This document shows, piece by piece, positions 38,218-47,770 of a DNA stretch of 64,000 nt; position 1 is the first letter of the stretch, and each line of letters begins with the position of its first letter. Made by a program: the position numbers and the translations under genes. Below the pieces are notes generated by a model. That model was not told where the DNA came from, made no database searches, and was given only the letters and a program-made list of their open reading frames with translations. This stretch comes from a virus: the IMG/VR virus record IMGVR_UViG_3300033148_006964, positions 96,001 to 160,000 of that record; one strand, written 5' to 3'.

Positions 38218-38941
38218 TTTTTACCTTTTGTTTAAAATTTTCAAGATCTTCAGGTGTATCTATACCTATATTATCAAAATTCATAACTAAGCACTTTATC
38301 TTCATCTCATGTTCTAATGCTCTTAATTGTTCAAGTTTTTCTACCTCTTCAAGTTTACCGTGAGGTAAAGAACAAAATCGTTTTAGACTTTCCATTGAAT
38401 ATCCATATATTCCTGTATGACTATAAGCATTACGAAGTCTGCCTCGAATATAAGGAATAGGAGCTCGTGAGAAATAAAGAGCATTATTATTAACCGATAA
38501 AACAGCCTTGACAACGTTAGGATCTTGTAACTTTTTATAAGTAACATTACTGACTACTGTTAATATGCTGTTTGCATCAAGCTTTTTAACTTTTCTTGAA
38601 ACAGCTTGTATAACGTGAAGAGGTAACATTGGTTCATCACCCTGTAAGTTCACAATAAATGAACAACCAAGACGATCTACTGCCTCCATTACTCTATCAG
38701 TACCAGAAACATGATCTTTAGAAGTTATCATCGCTCTTCCACCAAACTTGATCACCGTTCTATAGATTGTTTCATCATCAGTAGCAATAAATATCTCATC
38801 AAATGCACCAGATTGCTCTGCTGATCGATAAGCCCACATAACAAGGGGTAAATCATTGACAAATAAAAGGGGCTTTCCTGGAAGTCTCTTTGATGCATAA
38901 CGTGCAGGTATTATACATGTAACACGATCATTATTTTTCAT
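38204..38941 (-). CDS. kdsB: CMP-KDO synthetase (3-deoxy-manno-octulosonate cytidylyltransferase)
   Basis: IIPARYASKRLPGKPL, SGTDR, VNLQGDEP, ALYFSRAPIP, LEQLRALE, GIDTPEDL. Confidence 0.93.
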   Translation of the reverse strand: MKNNDRVTCIIPARYASKRLPGKPLLFVNDLPLVMWAYRSAEQSGAFDEIFIATDDETIYRTVIKFGGRAMITSKDHVSGTDRVMEAVDRLGCSFIVNLQGDEPMLPLHVIQAVSRKVKKLDANSILTVVSNVTYKKLQDPNVVKAVLSVNNNALYFSRAPIPYIRGRLRNAYSHTGIYGYSMESLKRFCSLPHGKLEEVEKLEQLRALEHEMKIKCLVMNFDNIGIDTPEDLENFKQKVKNESN

Positions 38942-38950
38942 GGTTTTCTC

Positions 38951-39280
38951 CTATTTTTTTTCGTCCCACATAATGATTTCCAGTAAGAAATCAATCTCAT
39001 CTTCACAAATCTTAATGGTATCTTTGTCAATAATTTTACCTTTTTCAATTACAGTTTCCATGTTATAATAAGGCGTGTTATTACAATGTCTGTATTTATT
39101 ATCTTTTTCAATAAGAAGACAGCCGTCACAACTACTCCCAAAACCTGTTTTACAATAAGGACAGGATTTCTCCCATATTTTACTAATCAATTTAATGGTT
39201 AGTTTTTTACCTAGATTCTTCTTTATGAGCAACAGCCTCTCAAACCAAATACACAGTACTTCACGATTAATATCCTTCAT
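38951..39280 (-). CDS. Cys-rich paralog family A member
   Basis: INREVLCIW...CPYC...CDGC...CNNTPY...ICEDEIDFL. Confidence 0.75.
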   Translation of the reverse strand: MKDINREVLCIWFERLLLIKKNLGKKLTIKLISKIWEKSCPYCKTGFGSSCDGCLLIEKDNKYRHCNNTPYYNMETVIEKGKIIDKDTIKICEDEIDFLLEIIMWDEKK

Positions 39281-40042
39281 TTTTTATCCTTTAGTCGGGT
39301 TAATTTTTTTATTAACTTATCGTTATCAGCGATATGCCCACGTAGTTCTATATTATCATCTTTAGTACGCTTTATAAGATCCTTTTTAGCATCATCATAT
39401 GTTTCAAAGATATTACTCCTATCAATTGAAATACTTGTGTCAACAAATTTAACCTTTAGCCCTATTTTCCTTATAGAAATTCCATGTTCTCTTGCACTAT
39501 TGCGTTTTACTTCAAATTCTTCTACAGATGCTTTTATAATAAATTTCCTGCCAGAATACGACATTCTTGGAATCACATCTATATCCTCTACAACAATAAA
39601 AACTTCTTGTCCTATCTTTAGTTCAGATATCATAACTTTCTCCTTTATACACGATTAAATTCCTTTTATAAAAAACCCTCTTCGATAAGTATTACCACAA
39701 TATTTATCACGACTGTTGTAGCCACCGCACAAACCCACGGGCATTCGATATACTTTCTTTCAAACATGTTTAGTAGCACTAAAAATAATATTGCAAGTTC
39801 CATAACATTCTCCTAAACACAATGAGGTTCGTTGTTTTCTTCTTCAGCTTTCTTTGTTACTGACAACTTCTTAGCTAACATAACTCCATAGCCAATACCA
39901 GCAGTAACTAACATTACTATCATTATCATAACTACTAATGAAACTACCTTACTTATAATACTTGAATTGGATTTCATAGTTTTTTCCTCACTTTAAGTTA
40001 AAATGGCTCCCCTAACTAATAATTTTTTGGCCGGGGGAACCA

Positions 40043-40768
40043 TTAAAATTCGTCATCCTTAATAACTTTTTCATCTTTACATTTGTTAAAAAGGATCTCA
40101 AGACAGTCGGTTTGTTTTACCAGGTTTAAATGGTTTTTACGGTGTTCATCATAAGCTTTTATAATAGCTTCTTTAATTTTAGATGGAATTCTAGGAACAT
40201 TTATATATTGTTTAGTTGCTTCAAGATCCAGGTTATGTCGTTCTATATTAAAAACAATAGATCTTATAGTATCTTCCACTACATCAGGTGGCACTAATGT
40301 ATATGCGTGAATAGTATGTACTATAGACATTATTAGATCTAAGTTTCTTCTGGATGTTTTTATTTTTATATCCGTTCCACGATAATCAATAACAATATCT
40401 TCAAATTCTTCTGCAATACTGTGACCATTTCTTACATAATGATCTGTGGCTTGGTTATTATAAACATTTAAAAAGTTAGTTGAAGAACTTCCATCTGAAT
40501 TATCAATACCATAATTAGCATTATTTACATATTCTGCAAAATTATTATTTACATAAGCCGATGGCGGTTCATATGTACGTCCATTATTATTTCCATAATG
40601 ATCATTCCAATTTTGTTGTATATCGAAAGGTACTTCCCCTAAAGTAGGAAGTAATTTATTAACTGCTGATTTTTTCGATCCACCTATATAATAAACATCA
40701 TTTTCATGACGACCACCATCACTATCTAAGTTATTATTACGTTCTTCATTCAAAAGTCTCACCTCCAA
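40043..40768 (-). CDS. variable-middle paralog family member
   Basis: NEERNNNLD start and NHLNLVKQTDCLEILF end; real start probably TTG ~40753 behind GGAGGTG. Confidence 0.7.
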   Translation of the reverse strand: MEVRLLNEERNNNLDSDGGRHENDVYYIGGSKKSAVNKLLPTLGEVPFDIQQNWNDHYGNNNGRTYEPPSAYVNNNFAEYVNNANYGIDNSDGSSSTNFLNVYNNQATDHYVRNGHSIAEEFEDIVIDYRGTDIKIKTSRRNLDLIMSIVHTIHAYTLVPPDVVEDTIRSIVFNIERHNLDLEATKQYINVPRIPSKIKEAIIKAYDEHRKNHLNLVKQTDCLEILFNKCKDEKVIKDDEF

Positions 40769-40781
40769 TTAATTATATAAG

Positions 40782-41300
40782 TTAGCCATCTTTAATAATC
40801 TTCTTCTTTTTATATTCATCAAAAAGGATCTCAAGACAGTCGGTTTGTTTTACCAAATTTAAATGATTATTACAATGTTCATTGTAAGCTTCTATAATAA
40901 CTTCTTTAATTTCAGGTGAAACACATGATTCTGACATTAAAGTATATTTATTATTAAGTTTATTTATTATATCTTCATAAGGAGCACAAACTTTTATATT
41001 ATGTTTACCTATACAAAATATAAGACAATTTATAATTTGTCTTTTTCTATCTATTGGCATTAAATCATGTATACAAATAATATCTAATATGGATTCTAAT
41101 AATTCTTTGTCTTTTTTAGGCATATTTATAATAATATCTTCATTATTACATTCAAAATAAAATGTTTCATTCATAGTATAAGTATCGAGATGTCTATTAT
41201 AATTTAATAAACCAGGCACTATGGTTTCTTCACTATTATAATAATTTTCATTGTTATCTAAGTTATTATTACGTTCTTCATTCAAATATCTCACCTCCAA
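40782..41300 (-). CDS. variable-middle paralog family member
   Basis: Same conserved termini; real start probably TTG ~41285. Confidence 0.7.
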   Translation of the reverse strand: MEVRYLNEERNNNLDNNENYYNSEETIVPGLLNYNRHLDTYTMNETFYFECNNEDIIINMPKKDKELLESILDIICIHDLMPIDRKRQIINCLIFCIGKHNIKVCAPYEDIINKLNNKYTLMSESCVSPEIKEVIIEAYNEHCNNHLNLVKQTDCLEILFDEYKKKKIIKDG

Positions 41301-41363
41301 TTAATTATATAAGTTTAAGTTAAAATGGCTCCCCTAACTAACATATTTTTGGCCAAGGAACCA

Positions 41364-41963
41364 TTAAGTCACATCATCTGTTATAAATTTTCTATCTTTA
41401 CACTCACTAAAAAGAACTTCAAGACAATCAGTTTGCTTTACCAGATTTAAATGGTTATTACAGTGTTCTTTGTAGGCATCTTGAAAGATCTCTTTAGTTT
41501 TACTGGAAATGGTTACAGAACTCAGATCTCTGGTTGATTCTATTTCATTACGAATTTCTGTTATTTTATTTATATGAATTATTTCTAAATTTTCCTGGAG
41601 TATTGATAAATGTGAATCTATTTCTGTTGCTATACATATAAATATATCTTCTAAGGATTTTTCTCCTATTTTTTCAACATCTTTTTCGTCTAAAACTCTT
41701 ATCATCCTTTCTAATATCATACAAGTACAATCAGATATATTAGGTATTCTGATAGTTACCCCATAATACTTAACATGAAAATTACGAAGTGTGTTATTTA
41801 TTCCTTCTCTATGATTTTGTTGTGCTGCTATTCTATCAATAGTTGATATTTGTTCAACAGTTGGTGGTTCATCCCTAATAGGTTCTTCTGGTGTCGTTGG
41901 TATTTCGGCATTAAGATGTTGTATTGTTTCTGCCATTAGGTTAATTGGTGTACGTTCATTCAT
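41364..41963 (-). CDS. variable-middle paralog family member, separated from its RBS by an IS
   Basis: C-terminal NHLNLVKQTDCLEVLF; IS left end abuts the ATG. Confidence 0.7.
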   Translation of the reverse strand: MNERTPINLMAETIQHLNAEIPTTPEEPIRDEPPTVEQISTIDRIAAQQNHREGINNTLRNFHVKYYGVTIRIPNISDCTCMILERMIRVLDEKDVEKIGEKSLEDIFICIATEIDSHLSILQENLEIIHINKITEIRNEIESTRDLSSVTISSKTKEIFQDAYKEHCNNHLNLVKQTDCLEVLFSECKDRKFITDDVT

Positions 41964-43220
41964 AAAAATTGTGTAAGGAAACCACCACGCTTGTCGTGGT
42001 GGAGGAATTACACCTTTTCCTTTCTTTTAAATTAATATTTGACATCTTCAATACTTTAATATATATTATATACATATGAAAACTATTAGAACAATGAAAA
42101 TAAAAATATCTGGTCAACATAAAGCTGATACCATCTTAGTTAACTGGTTATCTGCAGCTAATTGGTTGTCCAGTATTGTTTATAAAGTTAAAGATGTTAA
42201 TTCAAATAGACTTCATAAAGCATATTATCATATTGTTAGAGAAAAGTTTAATTTGCCATCACAGCTTACATGTACATTGTTTAGAACAATATCTGCAACC
42301 TATAAAACACAGAGATCGTCTAAGCAATGGAATCTTGCAAATTATAAACGTAAGACCATACCAATTGTTTGGAAAAGAGATTTTTCAATTACAAAAAAAG
42401 GTGTAACATTATGGTCAGATATAATTAAATTAAATGATCCAAGAAAAATTTCAGATCATTGGAAAGATTCAAAATTATTATTTGTTAAAAAACAATGGTA
42501 TTTAATCCTTTCTTATGAAATTGAAATTCCAGATAATAAAAAGACTGGAACCATAGTTGGTGTTGACCAAGGTATTAAGAGAATCTTTGTAGCATCTGAT
42601 TCTAATAACAATAAACTTTTTTATAAAGCAAATCATTTAAATCATAAAATTTCTAGTATACAAAAAACCAGGTCTAAAATACAAGCGGTTGGATCTCGAT
42701 CTGCAAAAAGGCTTCTGAAAAGAATGTCTAACCATCAAGCTTCCGTAACCGAATATGCTATACATATTGCTTCTAAAAGACTTGTAGAATGGGCTGATTC
42801 TGTTGGTGCTAGAAAAATAGTGGTTGAAGATTTGTCAAATATAAGATTCGCAGGAAAAAATAAGGGGAAACAGTTACGTAGTAAATTAAATAAATGGTCT
42901 TATGGTATGTTTACATTTTGTACAACATATAAGGCTGCAGTTAAAGGTATTGCTGTTGAAACTGTATCTCCCAGAAACACATCCAGGATGTGTAATAAAT
43001 GCGGTCATATTGATGAATCTAATAGGCATGGTTTAAAATTTAACTGTCGTGCCTGCGGATATACGGCAGACGCAGATTGGAACGCTAGCAAGAATATTGC
43101 TAGTCGTTACATATCCATTGAGTTAAACTCAAGGGATAAGGGGAGCCATAAATCCCCCAAAAAACGAGTTGTCAGTTAGCTACGTTTAAAACCTCTCCCC
43201 TTGTGGGAGAGGTAATTTAT
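41964..43220 (+). mobile_element. non-autonomous IS200/IS605-family element (tnpB only)
   Basis: Left hairpin CCACCACG-CTTGT-CGTGGTGG with guide GAAA predicts target TCAT (seen at 41960-41963); right hairpin CCTCTCCC-CTTGT-GGGAGAGG with guide AAAA predicts the TTAT end (43217-43220). Confidence 0.88.
42076..43179 (+). CDS. tnpB: RNA-guided endonuclease TnpB
   Basis: RuvC D (GVDQG), E (VVEDL), D (DADWNASKNI); CNKCG/CRACG zinc ribbon. Confidence 0.92.
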   Translation: MKTIRTMKIKISGQHKADTILVNWLSAANWLSSIVYKVKDVNSNRLHKAYYHIVREKFNLPSQLTCTLFRTISATYKTQRSSKQWNLANYKRKTIPIVWKRDFSITKKGVTLWSDIIKLNDPRKISDHWKDSKLLFVKKQWYLILSYEIEIPDNKKTGTIVGVDQGIKRIFVASDSNNNKLFYKANHLNHKISSIQKTRSKIQAVGSRSAKRLLKRMSNHQASVTEYAIHIASKRLVEWADSVGARKIVVEDLSNIRFAGKNKGKQLRSKLNKWSYGMFTFCTTYKAAVKGIAVETVSPRNTSRMCNKCGHIDESNRHGLKFNCRACGYTADADWNASKNIASRYISIELNSRDKGSHKSPKKRVVS

Positions 43221-43267
43221 GCCCTAATTGTCCTTTAATAATTTTAATTAAAATTTTAATTGTTATT

Positions 43268-44098
43268 TTATTGCCTTAAGTCAGGTAAGTTTAAGCCATC
43301 TTCAATAGACTTATCATTATCTTTATCATTTACTGATTTTTTAAAGGTCCAAATTTGTTCTGCAACATTTGCTATATTTTCATCACTTATCATAACTTCT
43401 TGTTCAGATATATTATATAATGGCATAACTGGAGGGCCACCTATAATAAAATTAGCAATAATTATTTTAAACCTTTTAAACTTATGATAATTAAATAATC
43501 CTTCAAGTTGTAGTTTCTCAGTTAACTTCGTTGTAATTTCATCAACATAATCAAAAAACATTTCATATGAAATAAAACTCATTGGATCTTTTACATTATC
43601 TAATTCTTTTATAATAATATCCACTGCAGTTTTAAATTCACTTATCTTAGCAAAATATTGAAGATAACTTTTAGGAACAACTTCTGGAGATACTTTGAAA
43701 ATTTGTAACAAAGATGCTTCTGTATTTTTAATATCAGGAACTTCTTCTAATAATGTATCAATAACAATTTTCTTACATACTATATATACAGGCCACAATA
43801 ATATATCATTTGTCATTATACAAAAACAAAGATGATATATAACTTCCATTCTAAACGTATCATTTTCTAACATTTCAGGTTTATATTCTAAACCATGCAT
43901 AAAAGAATAAGCTAGATATGGTTCGAGCGCTTTCATTATTTTTTCTGAATCTACATTAATCTTTTGAGTAAGTTTGTTTGTTAATTTATATAATACTTCC
44001 TGGTGATCTCTTACTACATCATATAAAATTGGCGCATGAGCTTGAATATCTTCTTCATTAATATCAAATTCAATACCATTTCTGATACTTTCTGACAT
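43268..44098 (-). CDS. hypothetical protein
   Basis: 276-aa ORF with AGGAG RBS. Confidence 0.7.
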   Translation of the reverse strand: MSESIRNGIEFDINEEDIQAHAPILYDVVRDHQEVLYKLTNKLTQKINVDSEKIMKALEPYLAYSFMHGLEYKPEMLENDTFRMEVIYHLCFCIMTNDILLWPVYIVCKKIVIDTLLEEVPDIKNTEASLLQIFKVSPEVVPKSYLQYFAKISEFKTAVDIIIKELDNVKDPMSFISYEMFFDYVDEITTKLTEKLQLEGLFNYHKFKRFKIIIANFIIGGPPVMPLYNISEQEVMISDENIANVAEQIWTFKKSVNDKDNDKSIEDGLNLPDLRQ

Positions 44099-44117
44099 AC
44101 TAAACTCCTAAAAATAG

Positions 44118-44470
44118 TGTTTACAAAGTGACCACTTATAAGTCACTTTTTTGAAATTAATTATGTACGTTAAGCGTTTAAATAAAAATAAGCCCTAAAA
44201 TAAGGAGTCATCTTGTAAACAACCGTTTTGTTTACATGTGGTTCCTGAAAAAAGGGGCTTAGCTCATTTTTGCTCATTTTTCTCTCTTTTTTGTTGATAA
44301 AAGTGACTTATAAGTAGTCATTTTGTAAACAAAAATAAGATCTCTAAGTTATTGATATTATTATAGTTAAAAATTGGCATGATTTTTGCTTATACTATAT
44401 AATATATATATATAACTATACATATAACAATAACTTATATATATATATTTACCTTATATAGTAGTAGTAT
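44118..44470. other. candidate replication origin or invertible segment
   Basis: 33-bp inverted repeats (31/33 match) at 44118-44150 and 44299-44331, extra TGTAAACA half-sites between them, followed by a very AT-rich tract. Confidence 0.45.
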
Positions 44471-44978
44471 GGACACTACGATGTATAGAAATTGCTTTAT
44501 ATTTTTCAGAAAATAATTAAGGGTTTTAAAAGGGGTGTTTGTGTGTACGGGGGGTAGACACATGTTTTCACAGGAGCTGGAGTGTCCATTCAGCTTTTGT
44601 GCCATATTTCACATATTTCATGGCCAGATATCACATGTCCCTTTTAAACAGCTAAAATCATTTTAAGATTTGTTTTGTTTAAGAATTTCCACTTTTTGCT
44701 GATTCTAATGCTAAACTTGCTTCTGCAAGTGAAAGTTCTAAATTATCATAATTAAACTCTTCTATCTTAAATAAGTCCCGTGGGTTTTTCATTTTTAAGA
44801 TCTCTGGATGTTTTGGTATTAAATTACTAATGCGTTTAACTAAAGTATCACAAGTGTCTTGGTAGTTCATATTAAATTCCTTTGTTTATTTTAAAATTAC
44901 ATTGATATTTTTAATTTATATATACCAATCTTATATAAGATTGACTTCATTAAAAATATATTTAATATCTACATAATA

Positions 44979-45007
44979 GTTATACCAAATAAATCCAAAT
45001 AATAACA
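44979..45007 (-). promoter_or_regulatory. phage promoter motif copy 7
   Basis: TGTTAT-N17-TATAAC-TATTATGTAGAT. Confidence 0.7.
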
Positions 45008-45024
45008 ATAGATAAAAAAAAGAT

Positions 45025-45234
45025 AAGTTTAAGTTATATTACTTTGTTTATAATATAATGTAAAAGAAAGGCTAAAGTCGTGATGTAATAGAAATTATTA
45101 CATCAAAAGGTTGAAAGGACCCATAAAATGGGGAAAGACCTTTTTTGACTTTAGCCTGATAATAAAGTATAACTTTAGATAAGTTATTATAAAGTACAGG
45201 AGATAAAACAAATTTAAATAATAAACTTAAACTT
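45025..45234. ncRNA. candidate structured RNA (three-way junction on a long stem)
   Basis: AGGCTAAAGTC/GACTTTAGCCT encloses two hairpins; outer AAGTTTAAGTT/AACTTAAACTT. Confidence 0.45.
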
Positions 45235-45684
45235 GATTATTTTATTATTGTTGATATCTCACATTCTTTAAGTTTTAAAACTTTTGTTTTTTTCAAAGTC
45301 TTTACTACAATAGCAAGATCTTGAATAATATTAAGTAGTTGATGTTCTTTAGCACTAAAATGAAGTTCGTCGCTATTAAGTTTAATTATTTGATCTAAAT
45401 TATAAAGCATAATATTTATCCTTTAACCTAATGTTATAATAGATATTAATTATTGTACTTACGTTCATTGTTATTTCCTTTCTTATTTATTTTCTAACCA
45501 GGTTATTCTAGGACATGCAGGATCTAGTTCACGAAGTTCAGTATATATAGCCTTTAGATTTTTAAACATAGTGTATAATTCTGGTTTAATATGTTTTGTT
45601 AATTGTATATTACTATTAAAAATACTATGCATTTTCTTATATTTTACATAGATCCTTTTAAATTTCCTTTTTAAGAAGAATTTT

Positions 45685-46143
45685 TTAATCATCTCCTATT
45701 CCTTTCATTTCAGCAGATAATTTAAAACCTTTTAGTTTAATTTGGTTATTATCAAAATCTTTAGTATTATTAGGAAATTGTGATGTTGAACAAATAATAG
45801 AAATAATCTCAGTTTTTAAATCAAAACTAAATGATTTAACACGGCCAATTGGTGAACCATTAATTATAATAACTAAATTATTACCTAATAAATAAAGCGA
45901 GGTACGTTCTGATTTAATACTAATATTATTACTAAGATTCATATCAATAGTAACTATATCTTTATCTTCTAAATTATAGAAGAAAAATCTACCACTTGTT
46001 TTTTCTTTAAAACATATAGTTATATTGTTATCTTTATATATGTCTACGTTTAAAGAAAAGTTTTCAATATCATCTTCTACTTTTACACCATTTTTAAAAA
46101 CAACTATTTCGTCATTTTCTTTTTTAATGATTTTGCATTCCAT
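45685..46143 (-). CDS. hypothetical protein
   Basis: 152-aa ORF. Confidence 0.6.
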   Translation of the reverse strand: MECKIIKKENDEIVVFKNGVKVEDDIENFSLNVDIYKDNNITICFKEKTSGRFFFYNLEDKDIVTIDMNLSNNISIKSERTSLYLLGNNLVIIINGSPIGRVKSFSFDLKTEIISIICSTSQFPNNTKDFDNNQIKLKGFKLSAEMKGIGDD

Positions 46144-46607
46144 ATTAATTTCCTTTCTTATATTCTTCTTGTAAAATTTCTTCGTCTATTTTTTTAATGC
46201 ATTTTTCCTTTTCTTGAGGACTCCAAAACATATCTTCAGCACCAAGTTCTGCTCTAGCCCTTTCTTTGTGTAACTCAGACAATTTGGTGTTCATCGGTTA
46301 TTCTCTCCTTTTTGCTTTAGTTCTTTAGAATCTTAGTATATCTAGCCATTTCATTTGAAAACATATCGCCTTCTTTACCACTTGTAATCTCACCTTGTTT
46401 GGTAAATTCTATTTTATGGTATTCAAATAGATAACCATTAATATCGTTAAACATTATCATAGATGTAGTAATCAAAACCGCTAATGTGAGACCCATTCCC
46501 ATAACTACTACACAAATATTTTTATTAGTTATAGTGGCGGACTTTAAATACCATATAAATCCTAAAGTAAAAATTATTATGCTAAGTATTAATATTAGAA
46601 TCATTTG

Positions 46608-47159
46608 TTACTCCTTATTATTGATAAATGGTTTTAAAAATGTTTGTGACTTAATCCATCTTTTTCTATTAAGACAAAAAACTTTCTCCACTGATTGAAT
46701 AATCAAATAAGAATGAGTTGAAATAATAACTTGGCATCCATTATTTATTGCATCATCAAATACCTTAAGTAATTTCACTTGGTTTTTAAGAGATAATCCT
46801 GCTTCTGGTTCATCAATAAAGATAACCTTATTCTTTTCAGTTTTAAGGTGTTCGAGTATAGGAAACATAGCTTCACCATGAGAAGAAAACCTCATCATAA
46901 TATCTTGAGTATAAGATTCGTCCCTAGGCTGATTTACTCTTGGATTATTTTTTTCAGTATCAAAGAACAAAAATTGAGGTTTTCCAGAATAATTAATAGA
47001 GCAAATATTCTTATAAACGTTACTATGAATTAATAATTCAAGTATAGTTGATTTGCCAGAACCATTTTCTCCAACAATAACAGATAGACCTTTATTAAAA
47101 TCAATTTTAAATGGAGAAATTTTTCTATGTTTCTTTGTGAGTTGAAATGAATTAAGCAT
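46608..47159 (-). CDS. stand-alone ABC-type ATPase (AAA_21-like)
   Basis: GENGSGKST, SHGE signature variant, FIDEPEAGLS, ISTHS. Confidence 0.85.
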   Translation of the reverse strand: MLNSFQLTKKHRKISPFKIDFNKGLSVIVGENGSGKSTILELLIHSNVYKNICSINYSGKPQFLFFDTEKNNPRVNQPRDESYTQDIMMRFSSHGEAMFPILEHLKTEKNKVIFIDEPEAGLSLKNQVKLLKVFDDAINNGCQVIISTHSYLIIQSVEKVFCLNRKRWIKSQTFLKPFINNKE

Positions 47160-47770
47160 AATTTCTCCTTTCTTTTAATATGATATTATGCATTTTTTAA
47201 AATCTTTAATTTGATAATTCTATTGTGCCATCGAAATTTTCAAACATATCAGAACACCAATCTTCTTCGTAAGTTCCAACATGTAATAACTTTTTTTTAG
47301 GTTCTACATATACAACAATGCCCTTTAAAAAGTTATTGTTTTTATGAATAGCTAATATAATTAATGAACTAGTTTTTTTTATCATTAATTTAGGGAATTT
47401 ATCTTCTTTGTTTTTGTTTTCTTTAATAACAGATTTCATAATTACTTCTTTCTTTTAATATTATGTTGTGTATTTTTTTTAAATAAATTTAAAGTTATTT
47501 AATACATATATATACAGACAGTATCTAATATATTAATATTATTATAAGGCCATAACTTATTACATGATGTTTGAGTAAACCATCTATTTAATGGATCTCT
47601 TGCATTTATTTCCATGCATTTTTCTGGATCACATAGATTATCTACTATTTTATTATATGAGTCTTTATTTATTAGATTAGCGTGTATTTCATTACCATTT
47701 TCTTGATATAATATTAGATATCCTTCACTTATTTTTTTGTGTTTACACATAATATTTCCTTAAATTAATA

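Noticed and set aside
40914-40930. Seventh copy of the G-AAA-C hairpin
   Set aside because: Inside a coding region, and its mismatch is not a G-U pair on the minus strand; likely chance
44390-44462. (AT)n-like tract as an independent repeat element
   Set aside because: Low complexity; treated only as the AT-rich part of the origin-like locus
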